Assembly: GCA_023129115.1 (NCBI GenBank)
Contig: JAGMCR010000012.1
Span: 20,667-84,666 of the forward strand
Length of the DNA: 64,000 bases
Reading direction: 5' to 3'
DNA from: Candidatus Iainarchaeum sp.
GTDB lineage: Archaea > B1Sed10-29 > WALL01
This document shows, one piece after another, positions 48,264 to 57,734 of this stretch. Under the pieces are notes generated by a model. The model worked only from the letters and a program-made list of their open reading frames with translations, had not been told where the DNA came from and ran no database searches. Each line of letters starts with the position of its first letter. Positions within the stretch are counted from its first letter, which is position 1. The position numbers and the translations under genes were made by a program.

Positions 48264-48676
48264 TTGTCATAGACGCTGACGGCGCCGTGCTTGGCAGGAT
48301 GGCGACCCGCGTGGCGAAGAGCCTGCTCAACGGCGAGAAAGTCGTTATAGTCAACGCCGAGAAGGCGGTCATAAGCGGCAGCAAGAAGGACATTTACGCC
48401 AGGTACAAGCAGCGCAGGGACAGGGCTGACCGCGCCAACCCGCGCATGGGCCCCAAGTTCCCACGCACCCCCGATAGGATTGTCCGCAGGACCGTTAGGG
48501 GGATGGTGAACTACAAGACACAGCGCGGGGCACGTGCCTACAAGAACCTCAGGACGTTCCTTGGGGTGCCCGAGGAATACGCCGAGAAGGCAGTGAAGAG
48601 CGAGGCAGCGGCCCCGAGGAAGAGGATGACCGTGCTCGAGCTCTCGAGGATGCTCGGCTGGAAGGGAGGCGAGTGA
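48260..48676 (+). CDS. rpl13: 50S ribosomal protein L13
   Basis: GRMATRVAK, VNAEKAVISG, RRTVRGM. Confidence 0.95.
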   Translation: MIVIDADGAVLGRMATRVAKSLLNGEKVVIVNAEKAVISGSKKDIYARYKQRRDRADRANPRMGPKFPRTPDRIVRRTVRGMVNYKTQRGARAYKNLRTFLGVPEEYAEKAVKSEAAAPRKRMTVLELSRMLGWKGGE

Positions 48677-49113
48677 AGATGGCAGCCAGGAAGTCAAAAG
48701 CCAAAATAATCCAAAGCAAGGCAAAGCGCAAGACCGCGGTGGCGCGCGCCAGAATAAAGAAGGGCTCCGGCTCGATAAAGGTGAACGCCAAGCCGCTCGA
48801 GGCATACGGCAACGAGTTCTCGAGGAACGAAATCGGGGTTGCGCTCTCTGTCGGCGAGAATGTCCTCGGGAAGAACTTTGCCGACACGCTCGACATTGAC
48901 GTCAACGTGCGCGGCGGCGGGTTCATGGGGCAGGCAGAGGCCACCAAGACCGCAATCGCGAAGGCGCTCGTGGCGTGGACAGAAAGCGAGGACCTTAAGT
49001 CCGCGTACCTCGAGCTGGACAGGCACCTCCTCGTCGACGACGTGCGGAGGAAAGAGTCCAAGAAGCCGCTCGGAAGGGGCGCGCGCAAGAAGAGGCAAAA
49101 GAGCTACAGGTGA
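48673..49113 (+). CDS. rps9: 30S ribosomal protein S9
   Basis: [24 protein letters not shown]. Confidence 0.95.
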   Translation: MKMAARKSKAKIIQSKAKRKTAVARARIKKGSGSIKVNAKPLEAYGNEFSRNEIGVALSVGENVLGKNFADTLDIDVNVRGGGFMGQAEATKTAIAKALVAWTESEDLKSAYLELDRHLLVDDVRRKESKKPLGRGARKKRQKSYR

Positions 49114-49118
49114 GAATA

Positions 49119-49313
49119 ATGCACATACCCGTAAGATGCTTTACGTGCGGAAAAGTAATCGGCCAGTACTGGGAAGAATTTGACAAGCGGGTCAAAAAAG
49201 GCGAGGACGCCAGCAAAGTGCTGGACGACCTCGGCCTGGAGCGGTTTTGCTGCAGGCGCATGATCCTGAGCCACGAGGAAGTCGCGGACGACGTGAAGAA
49301 GTACCCTAGGTAG
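49119..49313 (+). CDS. rpoN: RNA polymerase subunit N (Rpo10)
   Basis: [19 protein letters not shown]. Confidence 0.95.
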   Translation: MHIPVRCFTCGKVIGQYWEEFDKRVKKGEDASKVLDDLGLERFCCRRMILSHEEVADDVKKYPR

Positions 49314-49321
49314 GGACAATT

Positions 49322-49352
49322 GGGGAGTGCCGCCAAATCGGCGGCACTCCCC
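49322..49352 (+). repeat. GC hairpin module before tRNA-Pro(GGG)
   Basis: GGGGAGTGCCGCC-AAATC-GGCGGCACTCCCC; compensatory variant of the 47891 hairpin. Confidence 0.65.
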
Positions 49353-49381
49353 GAGAATCCCGAATTCAACAAGACACTGTT

Positions 49382-49457
49382 GGGGCCGTAGGGTAGTTTG
49401 GCATCCTCCCAGCTCGGGGAGCTGGTGACCCGAGTTCAAATCTCGGCGGCCCCACCA
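49382..49457 (+). tRNA. tRNA-Pro(GGG)
   Basis: Acceptor GGGGCCG/CGGCCCC plus ACCA, anticodon arm CCAGC-TCGGGGA-GCTGG (C33). Confidence 0.92.
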
Positions 49458-49518
49458 CTCTCACTCCCCCCTGAACCAAGACAACAACGGGGGGTTAAAA
49501 GACCTTAAAGGTGAAAAA

Positions 49519-50325
49519 ATGGCAGAAAAAGAAGAAAAGGAAGCGGCTCCGGCCGCAAAGGAAGAAAAGGCGCCCGAGCCGAAGCCGGTGGAAGTCAAGG
49601 AAGAAAAGAAGGCACCGGCGGCCAAGGAAGAAGAGCCCGTGGCTCAGCCCGTGAAAGAAGAGAAGCCGGTGAAGGAAAAAGAAGAGAAACCGAAGCCGGC
49701 CAGGAAGAAGGTTGTCAAGAAGGACGATGACGAGCTCCTCATCGCGCTCGAGGACTACCTGAAGGCGGGAATCCACATCGGCTCACAGTACAAGACGGGC
49801 GACATGAAGCCGTACATCTACAAGACGCGGAGCGACGGCCTGCATATCCTTGACGTGAACACAATCGACAGGCGGCTCAAGCTCGCCTCTGAATTCCTGT
49901 CTGGCTACGAGCCGGCAAAAGTGCTCGTCGTCGCGGGAAGGGTGTACGCCCGCAAGCCCGCGCGCAAGTTCGCGGAAAACATTGGGTGCATGCTCAGCGT
50001 GAAGAGGTTCGTGCCGGGCACGCTGACAAACCCATTGAACCCCAACTTCGTCGAGCCGGACGTCATCCTTGTGAGCGACCCCGGGGTCGACAAGCAGGTA
50101 ATCAAGGAAGCGACCAAAATCCGCATCCCCGTGATTGCGCTGTGCGACACCAACAACGTCCTCAAGAACGTCGACGTCTGCGTGCCACTGAACAACAAGG
50201 GCAAGAAGAGCCTGGCCCTCGCGTACTGGGTGCTCACCCGCGAGCTGCTGATGAAGCGCGGCACCATCAAGGGCCCCACTGACTTCAAGACCACGGTTGA
50301 GGACTACGAGTCCACGGGGAAGTGA
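49519..50325 (+). CDS. rps2: 30S ribosomal protein S2 with Glu/Lys/Pro-rich N-terminal extension
   Basis: YLKAGIHIG, RFVPGTLTNP, NNKGKKSLA. Confidence 0.94.
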   Translation: MAEKEEKEAAPAAKEEKAPEPKPVEVKEEKKAPAAKEEEPVAQPVKEEKPVKEKEEKPKPARKKVVKKDDDELLIALEDYLKAGIHIGSQYKTGDMKPYIYKTRSDGLHILDVNTIDRRLKLASEFLSGYEPAKVLVVAGRVYARKPARKFAENIGCMLSVKRFVPGTLTNPLNPNFVEPDVILVSDPGVDKQVIKEATKIRIPVIALCDTNNVLKNVDVCVPLNNKGKKSLALAYWVLTRELLMKRGTIKGPTDFKTTVEDYESTGK

Positions 50326-50329
50326 TTGA

Positions 50330-51103
50330 GTGAGGGAGCCAGCTGTTGCCGGGATGTTTTACCCGGGAGACGGCGCGGAGCTCGATTCCCAGCTCAAGCA
50401 GTTCTTTTCGAAGGCCGAGCAGCGGCACAAGGCCATTGCAGGGGTCGCGCCGCACGCCGGCTACCAGTACTCGGGACAGACCGCGGCATGGACCTATGCC
50501 AACCTCGCCGAAAAGGGGACAGTGGTGATAATCGGGCCGGACCACACCGGCGCGTCACTCGGCGAGACGTGCATCTATTTCGACGGCAACTGGATGACGC
50601 CGCTCGGAGAAGCAGAGGTCGACCACGCCACGGCCGAAATGCTGCGGGAAGTCGGGCAGCTCAACAACTCGGCGCACACCGGCGAGCACTCGGTCGAGGT
50701 GCAGGTGCCGTTCGTCCAGAAAAAGTTCCCGAAGGCAAAAGTCCTGCCCATAATGATGGGCGACCAGAACAAGGACGTGGCAATCGCGCTCGGGAAAAAG
50801 CTGGCGGAGTTCGATGTTGTGGTAGTGGCGTCAAGCGACTTCTCGCACTACGTGCCCGTGGAAAAGGCCGAGGAAGACGACTTATACGCGGTCGGCGCAC
50901 TGAAGCGGCTGGACGTGGAGGAGTTCTACGAGCGCGCGATTGAGAGGCAGCTGTCGGCATGCGGCATCGGGCCGATTGCGACGGCGGCTGCGTTCGCGAA
51001 GGAAAAGGGCGCGAAGAAAGGCGTGCTCCTGGACTACTCGACCAGTGCGGACGCCACCGGGCAGGAAGAGTGCGTTGGATACGTGTCAATGGTGTTCGTC
51101 TAA
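50330..51103 (+). CDS. MEMO1-family (AmmeMemoRadiSam B) protein
   Basis: REPAVAGMFYP, PHAGY, EHSVEVQ, SSDFSHY, CG.GP. Confidence 0.92.
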   Translation: MREPAVAGMFYPGDGAELDSQLKQFFSKAEQRHKAIAGVAPHAGYQYSGQTAAWTYANLAEKGTVVIIGPDHTGASLGETCIYFDGNWMTPLGEAEVDHATAEMLREVGQLNNSAHTGEHSVEVQVPFVQKKFPKAKVLPIMMGDQNKDVAIALGKKLAEFDVVVVASSDFSHYVPVEKAEEDDLYAVGALKRLDVEEFYERAIERQLSACGIGPIATAAAFAKEKGAKKGVLLDYSTSADATGQEECVGYVSMVFV

Positions 51104-51142
51104 TGCCGAAAGGCGCCAGTGGTGTTCGTCTAATGCCGAAAG
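51087..51142 (+). repeat. Direct duplication (30-nt period) spanning the MEMO1 stop
   Basis: TGGTGTTCGTCTAATGCCGAAAG at 51090-51112 and 51120-51142. Confidence 0.85.
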
Positions 51143-51187
51143 AACCCTTTTATATTGGCGAACTGAAAGATTACCTGAGGTGTTAAC

Positions 51188-52120
51188 GTGAGTGAGGCAT
51201 ACGGATACGGAAAAGTCATCCTGTTCGGCGAGCACTTCGTGGTCTACGGCATCCCTGCGATAGCCGCGGGGATATCGAAAAAGACCGTGGCCACCATCGG
51301 GGCAGGGGACAAACCGGGCATTGAGATAGTGGACAACCGGCCGGCAGTCGAGGGGTACAAGGAGAAGTATGCCGAGCAGCAGGAAGAGTCTGTTGGGCTG
51401 ATGGGGCCGGCCTTCGGCGTGGACTTTGGCGAAAAGCCGGTGAAAATAACGCTTGGCGGGGAGCTGTTTTGCGCCTCTGGCGTCGGCGCTTCTGCCGCGA
51501 GCTGTGTCGCGATTGCGAGGGCCATATCCGGCTATTTCAGGTTGGGGCTGAGCGACGAAAAGATAAACGCGATTGCGTACGAGGGCGAGAAGGCGTACGC
51601 CGGAAACCCGAGCGGGATAGACAATACTGCTTCCACGTACGGCGGGCTGGTCTACTTCGTGAAGAACTTTGACAGGCCAAACACAATGGAGAGGCCGGTG
51701 CTCAAGGCGCCACTCTACGTCATCATGGCCAGCACGGGCATAACCACGAAGACCAAGGTCGCTGTCGAGGGCGTGAGGCAGAGGAAGGAGCAGGAGCCCG
51801 AGAAGTATGCCGGGCTGTTCAAGGAAGCAGAGGCGCTTGTCGCAGAGGCGAGGAAAGCGCTTGAGGAAGGCAATGCTGGCGAGGTCGGTGCACTGATGGC
51901 GAAAAACCACGGCCTCCTGCAGCAGATTGGCGTGAGCTGCGAAGAGCTTGATGGGCTCGTTGATGCGGCAAACAGCGCCGGGGCCGTCGGGGCAAAGATG
52001 ACCGGCGGCGGCATGGGCGGCTACATGGTCGCATTGGTGAGGCAGGAGGACCAGGACAGAATTTCCGACGAGCTCACCCGGGCAGGTGCAACCCACACGA
52101 TTAAAGCGGAGATAAGATGA
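51188..52120 (+). CDS. mvk: Mevalonate kinase
   Basis: GKVILFGEHFVVYG, GVGASAA, PSGID, KMTGGGMGG. Confidence 0.93.
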   Translation: MSEAYGYGKVILFGEHFVVYGIPAIAAGISKKTVATIGAGDKPGIEIVDNRPAVEGYKEKYAEQQEESVGLMGPAFGVDFGEKPVKITLGGELFCASGVGASAASCVAIARAISGYFRLGLSDEKINAIAYEGEKAYAGNPSGIDNTASTYGGLVYFVKNFDRPNTMERPVLKAPLYVIMASTGITTKTKVAVEGVRQRKEQEPEKYAGLFKEAEALVAEARKALEEGNAGEVGALMAKNHGLLQQIGVSCEELDGLVDAANSAGAVGAKMTGGGMGGYMVALVRQEDQDRISDELTRAGATHTIKAEIR

Positions 52121-52665
52121 AAATTGTCGTTGCAGTGACAGGCGCGAGCGGTTTCCCGATAGCGGTGAGGCTGCTCAAGGAGCTGAAGGGCAACGAAATC
52201 CACCTCGTGGTGAGCGACCACGCGTGGGACGTGCTGAAGTACGAGGAGTGCGGGAGCAGGGAAGACGTAACCGCGCTTGCCACGCGGGTTTACGACCCAA
52301 ACGAAATACACACGTCGATTTGCTCTGGGAGCTTTCCTGTTGACGCGATGGTTGTCGTTCCGTGCTCGATGAACACGCTCGGGCACATCGCGAACGGGAT
52401 AGAGCACAACGCGATTACGCGGGCTGTGGGAGTTAATCTGAAGCAGGAGAGGAAAGTGATTTTGGTCCCGAGGGACACCCCGCTTTCGCTGCCCGCGCTG
52501 CGCAACATGGTGAAGGCAAAAGAGGCGGGGTGTTCAATCGTGCCGCCAATGCTTTGTTATTATACTAAGCCAAAAACTATTGATGACTTGACCGGCTACA
52601 CCGTCGGCAAGATACTTGAGATGCTCGGAATCGGGCACGAACTGTACGAGAGGTGGGACAAATGA
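52117..52665 (+). CDS. ubiX: UbiX flavin prenyltransferase
   Basis: VTGASG, PCSMNTL, PRDTP. Confidence 0.92.
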   Translation: MKIVVAVTGASGFPIAVRLLKELKGNEIHLVVSDHAWDVLKYEECGSREDVTALATRVYDPNEIHTSICSGSFPVDAMVVVPCSMNTLGHIANGIEHNAITRAVGVNLKQERKVILVPRDTPLSLPALRNMVKAKEAGCSIVPPMLCYYTKPKTIDDLTGYTVGKILEMLGIGHELYERWDK

Positions 52666-53972
52666 ATCTAAGGCCATTCCTGCAAAAGCTTGAGGAGGAC
52701 GGGGACCTCGTGCGCATCAAGAAAGAAGTGTCGCACGAGTACGAAATCGCGAGCATCTTGAACTCGCTGGGCGAGAGGCCCACGATTTTCGAGAACGTCA
52801 AGGGGTTTGACATGCCAATGTTCGGTGGCGTGTGCGCGCATCGCGAGACCATTGCGAAGGGGCTCGGGACCACGAAGGAAGGGATACTCAAAACGCTTGT
52901 TGATGCATTGCGGAACCCAAAAGAACCCGGAATGGTTGACAAGGCACCGTGCCAGGAAGTTGTGATTAAAGATGTTGATTTGGACAAGCTGCCGCTGCTG
53001 ATGCACCTGCCCGGGGACGGCGGCAGGTACATGAGCGCGAGCGTTGTCGTGCTCAAGGACCCGGAGACCGGGAGGAATGTCAGCTACCACCGCATGATGC
53101 AAAGGGGCAAGGACAGGCTGACCGCTCGGCTGATTCCGAAGAGGCAGACCAGGACCACTTACGACAAGACCGAAGGCGATTTGGAGATTGCTGTGTGCAT
53201 CGGGAGCTCGATTCCTGTGCTGTTGGCCGCTTCGCTGGGGCCACCGAGCGGGGTCGACGAATTAAGTATCGCGAACGCGATGGGCGAGACGCCGCTTGTG
53301 AAGTGCGTTACAAAAGACCTGGAGGTGCCCGCGGAGACAGAGATTGTCCTCGAGGGGAGGCTGACAAAGGACCTCGACGCCGAGGGCCCGTTCGTGGACC
53401 TGACAGAAACGCGGGACTATGAGCGCCAGGAGCCGGTTGTGGTCATTGACGCCATCACGATGCGAAAGGATGCCATGTACCAGGCGATTTTGCCGGGGCG
53501 GCTCGAGCACAAGACGCTCATGGGCATGCCCAAGGAGCCAACGATTTACGACGAGGTCAGCAAGGTATGCGACTGCAGGAACGTGTACATGACCATGGGA
53601 GGGGGCTCGTGGCTGCACGGGATAGTCCAGATTGCCAAGAAAAATGACGACGAGCCGAAGGCCGCGATTGACGCGGCAATCCAGGGCCACAAGTCCATCA
53701 AGCACGTGGTGATAGTGGACGACGAGGTTGACTTGTTCGACCCCATGGCGGTCGAGTGGGCGATTGCCACTCGGTTCCGCGCGGACCGCGACCTGGTGGT
53801 GAAGGAGAACACGCCGAGCAGCTCGCTGGACCCTGTTGCGACGCAGGAGCCGGGGAAGAAAGCAGTGTGCGCCAAGATGGGGCTCGACGCAACGAGGCCG
53901 ATGGCAACCGACAAGAAAAAGTTCGAGAAAGTCGAGTACGGAAAGGTGGATGTTGATGAATACCTGGGGTAG
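52662..53972 (+). CDS. UbiD-family decarboxylase (likely anhydromevalonate phosphate decarboxylase)
   Basis: NVSYHR, EGPFVD, VEWAIATR, SSLDP; mevalonate cluster context. Confidence 0.88.
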   Translation: MNLRPFLQKLEEDGDLVRIKKEVSHEYEIASILNSLGERPTIFENVKGFDMPMFGGVCAHRETIAKGLGTTKEGILKTLVDALRNPKEPGMVDKAPCQEVVIKDVDLDKLPLLMHLPGDGGRYMSASVVVLKDPETGRNVSYHRMMQRGKDRLTARLIPKRQTRTTYDKTEGDLEIAVCIGSSIPVLLAASLGPPSGVDELSIANAMGETPLVKCVTKDLEVPAETEIVLEGRLTKDLDAEGPFVDLTETRDYERQEPVVVIDAITMRKDAMYQAILPGRLEHKTLMGMPKEPTIYDEVSKVCDCRNVYMTMGGGSWLHGIVQIAKKNDDEPKAAIDAAIQGHKSIKHVVIVDDEVDLFDPMAVEWAIATRFRADRDLVVKENTPSSSLDPVATQEPGKKAVCAKMGLDATRPMATDKKKFEKVEYGKVDVDEYLG

Positions 53973-54273
53973 GGGCAGGTTCAAGGTCTGGCTCAAGAAG
54001 CAAAAGATTGGGGAGGAATTGGTCTACACCCTGGGCGGCGGCGAGACGCCGCACATCGGCGCGGTGAGCGTGTGCGAGCCCGGGAAGAAGCCGAGGAGCG
54101 TGAGGCTGCCCCACCACCTCGACTACTTGATTACTGAGCCGATTGCGAAGGCGGCGGCGAAGAAGTATGGCGTGAAGGCGGTCTGCGTTGGAGGGGTTCA
54201 TGTTGACGACGCGTCGAGGGAAGAGATAAAAAAGCTTGTGAAGAACTGCAGGGAACTGAAGAGGTTTGTGTGA
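53956..54273 (+). CDS. LpdD-like putative prenylated-flavin chaperone
   Basis: GG..PHIGAV, H.D, GVHVDDASREEI pattern; immediately after ubiD. Confidence 0.6.
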   Translation: MNTWGRGRFKVWLKKQKIGEELVYTLGGGETPHIGAVSVCEPGKKPRSVRLPHHLDYLITEPIAKAAAKKYGVKAVCVGGVHVDDASREEIKKLVKNCRELKRFV

Positions 54274-55481
54274 TTCGAATGCTGGAGTTGACTCCGGAAG
54301 AGCAGGAAATGCTTGACGGCAAAAAAAGCGAGGCTGTGCAGAAGGCCATGGAGATAGTCGTGGCGCTCGCCAATATTTACGGGGCGAAGAACCTTGTGCC
54401 CGTGAAGTCTGTCAATGTCTCCGGGGTGTCGTACAAAAACCTCGGCGACGCGGGAATCGATTTCCTGAACGAGTGGGCAGAAATGGGCGCCAAGGTCACT
54501 GTGCCCACCACGCTGAACCCGGCCGGGATGGACTTGCTGGACTGGAGGGAGCAGGGGATTCCAGAGGAATTCGCGGAAAAGCAGGGGGAAGTCATCGAGG
54601 CGTTCGCGCGCATGGGCATTCCCAAGACGTGCACCTGCACGCCTTACCTGATTGGCAACCTGCCGGGTTTTGGGGAGCACATCGCGTGGGGGGAGAGCAG
54701 TGCCGTCTGCTTTGCTAATTCAGTGCTCGGCGCGAGGACGAACCGCGAGGGCGGGCCGAGCGCGCTGGCTGCCGCGGTATGCGGCCGCACGGGAAACTTC
54801 GGCTACCACTTGGACGAGAAGCGCAAGGCGAATGTTTTGGTTAATGTCAATTGCCCGGTCGAGAAGGGCTCGGACTTCGGTGCGCTGGGGCACATAATCG
54901 GGAAGCAGCTCAAGAACGACGTGCCGCTCTTCCACGGGATAAAAGAGGCCTCGCAGGTGCAGCTGAAGGCACTGGGCGCGTCGCTCGCGGCGTGGGGCGG
55001 GGTTGCGCTGTACCACGTCGAAGGCATTACGCCAGAGGCCAGAGAAAAGGGCATGCTTGCAGAAGGCGCGAAAGTGATTAGTGTTGACTCGCTCGAGGAG
55101 GGGTACAAGGCGATGAACGCAGACACTGACGAGGTTGACTTCGTGGGCATCGGGTGCCCGCACGCGTCCGTGGGCGAAATAGAAAAGGTCGCGGGGCTTG
55201 TCAAGGGCAAGAAGCTGAAGGCGGTTTTGTGGGTGACCACTGCCCGTGCCACGAAGGAAAAAGTCCCGGCGGCGGTCAAGACTATTAAGGAGGCGGGTGG
55301 ACTGGTGCTCGCGGACAGCTGCGTGGTCGTGTCGCCGGTGAAGTCCATTGGCTACAAGCACTTGGCGACGAACTCGGGAAAGATGGCCTATTATTCTCCC
55401 AATTACTGTGGGGTGACGGTGCGGTACGGCACAATGGAAGAGTGCATTCAGGCCGCAATCGACGGGAGGTGGCCAAAGTGA
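54270..55481 (+). CDS. Aconitase X large subunit (phosphomevalonate dehydratase)
   Basis: TCTCTPY, AWGESSAVCFANSVLGARTNRE, GCPHAS. Confidence 0.9.
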   Translation: MIRMLELTPEEQEMLDGKKSEAVQKAMEIVVALANIYGAKNLVPVKSVNVSGVSYKNLGDAGIDFLNEWAEMGAKVTVPTTLNPAGMDLLDWREQGIPEEFAEKQGEVIEAFARMGIPKTCTCTPYLIGNLPGFGEHIAWGESSAVCFANSVLGARTNREGGPSALAAAVCGRTGNFGYHLDEKRKANVLVNVNCPVEKGSDFGALGHIIGKQLKNDVPLFHGIKEASQVQLKALGASLAAWGGVALYHVEGITPEAREKGMLAEGAKVISVDSLEEGYKAMNADTDEVDFVGIGCPHASVGEIEKVAGLVKGKKLKAVLWVTTARATKEKVPAAVKTIKEAGGLVLADSCVVVSPVKSIGYKHLATNSGKMAYYSPNYCGVTVRYGTMEECIQAAIDGRWPK

Positions 55482-55855
55482 AGGGCAGGATAGTCAAGGC
55501 CGGGACTGCGAAGGGCGAGGCACTCGTGGCGAACGAGGCCATGGGCTGGCTCGGCTGCGTGGACCCCGAGACGGGCGAAGTCATCGAGAAGGGGCACTCG
55601 CTCGAGGGCCAGAACATTGCGGGGAAGATAGTCGTGTTCACCACTGGGAAGGGCAGCACAGTGGGGTCGTACACGCTCTATGCCCTCAAAAAGAGCGGGA
55701 AGGCGCCTGCCGCGCTGGTCTGTGAGGAGAGCGAGCCGATTGTGGCAGTGGGCGCGATTATATCTGATATCCCGATGGTCGACAAAATAGACATAAGCCA
55801 AATAAAGACCGGCGACGTAGTTGAGGTCAACGGGGACGAGGTCACAGTAGAATGA
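55478..55855 (+). CDS. Aconitase X small (swivel, DUF126) subunit
   Basis: DPETG, KGSTVGSY, GAIISDIP. Confidence 0.9.
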   Translation: MKGRIVKAGTAKGEALVANEAMGWLGCVDPETGEVIEKGHSLEGQNIAGKIVVFTTGKGSTVGSYTLYALKKSGKAPAALVCEESEPIVAVGAIISDIPMVDKIDISQIKTGDVVEVNGDEVTVE

Positions 55856-56670
55856 AGGACCTGTACATAATCAAGCTTGGCGGGAGCGTCATCACCGAGA
55901 AGGAGACGGCATCCAGCGAGAGGCTTGACGTGATACAGCGCCTGGCGAAAGAAATCCACGAGGCGAGGCAGGAGAAGGGCTTCGCCCTGATAGTCGGCCA
56001 CGGCGGCGGGTCGTACCCGCACAGGCCGGCGGCCGAGTTCAGGACGGGCGAGGGCGTCATCGACGAAAAGAGCTACGAGGGCATCGCGCGGGTGCAGGAC
56101 GCGGCTGCTCGGCTCAACAGGATAATCGTGCGCGAGCTGATTGAGGCCGGCGAGAACGCCGTCAGCATACACCTGTCCAGCACTTCGGTGTCCGAAAACG
56201 GGAAGATAAGGGAGATGTATACCACGCCGATGAAAATGATGCTGGACTACGGCATGCTGCCCGTGCCGTACGGCGACGTGGGCATGGACACTAAAAAGGG
56301 CTGCTGCATAATCTCGACAGAAGACATAATCAATTACCTGGCGAAGCACACCAAGGAGATTTTCCCGGACTACAGCCTGGGCCGCATAATCATCTGCGGG
56401 AGGGTTGACGGCGTGTTCACGGGCAACCCGGACGAGGACAGCAATGCCGAGCTGATTCCACTGATTACGCCGGGGAACATCAAGGAAGTCGAGCAGTACC
56501 TGGGCGGGTCGTCCGGGACCGACGTCACTGGCGGGATGAAGCACAAGGTGGAGAGCATGCTAGAGCTCGGCGTCGAGTCAGAGATAATTAACGTGCTGAG
56601 GCCGGGCTATCTGAAGAGGGCACTGCTGGGCGAGGAAGGGATAGGGACAATAGTGAGGGGAAGTGAATGA
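55852..56670 (+). CDS. Isopentenyl phosphate kinase
   Basis: KLGGSVIT, HGGGSYPH, DVTGGMKHK. Confidence 0.92.
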   Translation: MKDLYIIKLGGSVITEKETASSERLDVIQRLAKEIHEARQEKGFALIVGHGGGSYPHRPAAEFRTGEGVIDEKSYEGIARVQDAAARLNRIIVRELIEAGENAVSIHLSSTSVSENGKIREMYTTPMKMMLDYGMLPVPYGDVGMDTKKGCCIISTEDIINYLAKHTKEIFPDYSLGRIIICGRVDGVFTGNPDEDSNAELIPLITPGNIKEVEQYLGGSSGTDVTGGMKHKVESMLELGVESEIINVLRPGYLKRALLGEEGIGTIVRGSE

Positions 56671-57734
56671 CAAAGACAAAAAGCCGCAAGCTGGAGCACC
56701 TGGACGTGTGCATCAAGAAAAGCGTTGAAGTGGGGGACCCGCTGTTCGATGACGTGCGGCTAATCCACGACTGCGTCCCGGAAATGGCAATCAACGACGT
56801 CAATACTGGGACCAAGTTCCTGGGCAAGAAGTTTGAGGCCCCATTCATGATATCAGCCATAACCGGGGGCGTCGCCAAGGCCAAGAAAATCAACCGCGAC
56901 ATGGCAAGCGTCGCCGAAAAGCTCGGCATCGGCTTCGGCGTCGGCTCGCAGAGGGCGATGCTCGAGGACGAAAAAGTCACGGACACTTATATGGTCAGGG
57001 ATGTTGCGCCGAAGGCACTGGTGCTCGGGAATATCGGCGCCGCGCAGCTCAAGAACTACAACTCCCTCGAGATAAAGAGGGCCATAAAGGCCATCGGCGC
57101 AGACGCCGTGTGCGTGCACTTCAACGCCGCGCAGGAGGCCGCGCAGGCAGAGGGGGACCTGGACTTCAATAACGTGCTCAAGAACATAAGCACCCTCAGC
57201 AGGGTCGTGCCCGTGGTGGCCAAAGAGGTGGGCAACGGCATCAGCCGCGAGGCCGCCATCGAGCTCAAGGATGCCGGCGCCAGCGCGCTGGACACCGGCG
57301 GGCTCGGGGGCACGAGCTGGGTGCGCGTGGACTCGCTCCGCGCGAAGCAGGGCAGCGTGTTCGAGGACTGGGGCATTCCAACCACTGCAAGCATCATGGA
57401 ATGCGCGCCGGTTCTGCCGGTCATAGGGACGGGCGGTATTCGCAACGGCCTCGACGCCGCGAAGGCAATCGCACTCGGCGCCGGGATTGTTGGCGTGGCA
57501 TTGCCCGCGCTCAAGTGGTACTCCAAAGGCGGGACAAAAGAGCTGGAAAAAGGCTTCACGAAGATGATTGGCGAGCTGAGGACCGCCATGTTCCTCACGG
57601 GCTCGCGGGGGGTTGGGCAGCTCCAGAGCACCAACCTCATAGTCAGCGGTGGGCTAAGGAACTGGGCCGACGCGCGGGACATCAGCATCGTGCACTACGG
57701 GTGCAGGTCTTTGCCCCAAACGGTGATTGGATGA
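56667..57734 (+). CDS. fni: Type 2 isopentenyl-diphosphate isomerase
   Basis: RKLEHL, VGSQR, KEVGNG, GGTSW, WGIPT. Confidence 0.93.
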   Translation: MTKTKSRKLEHLDVCIKKSVEVGDPLFDDVRLIHDCVPEMAINDVNTGTKFLGKKFEAPFMISAITGGVAKAKKINRDMASVAEKLGIGFGVGSQRAMLEDEKVTDTYMVRDVAPKALVLGNIGAAQLKNYNSLEIKRAIKAIGADAVCVHFNAAQEAAQAEGDLDFNNVLKNISTLSRVVPVVAKEVGNGISREAAIELKDAGASALDTGGLGGTSWVRVDSLRAKQGSVFEDWGIPTTASIMECAPVLPVIGTGGIRNGLDAAKAIALGAGIVGVALPALKWYSKGGTKELEKGFTKMIGELRTAMFLTGSRGVGQLQSTNLIVSGGLRNWADARDISIVHYGCRSLPQTVIG

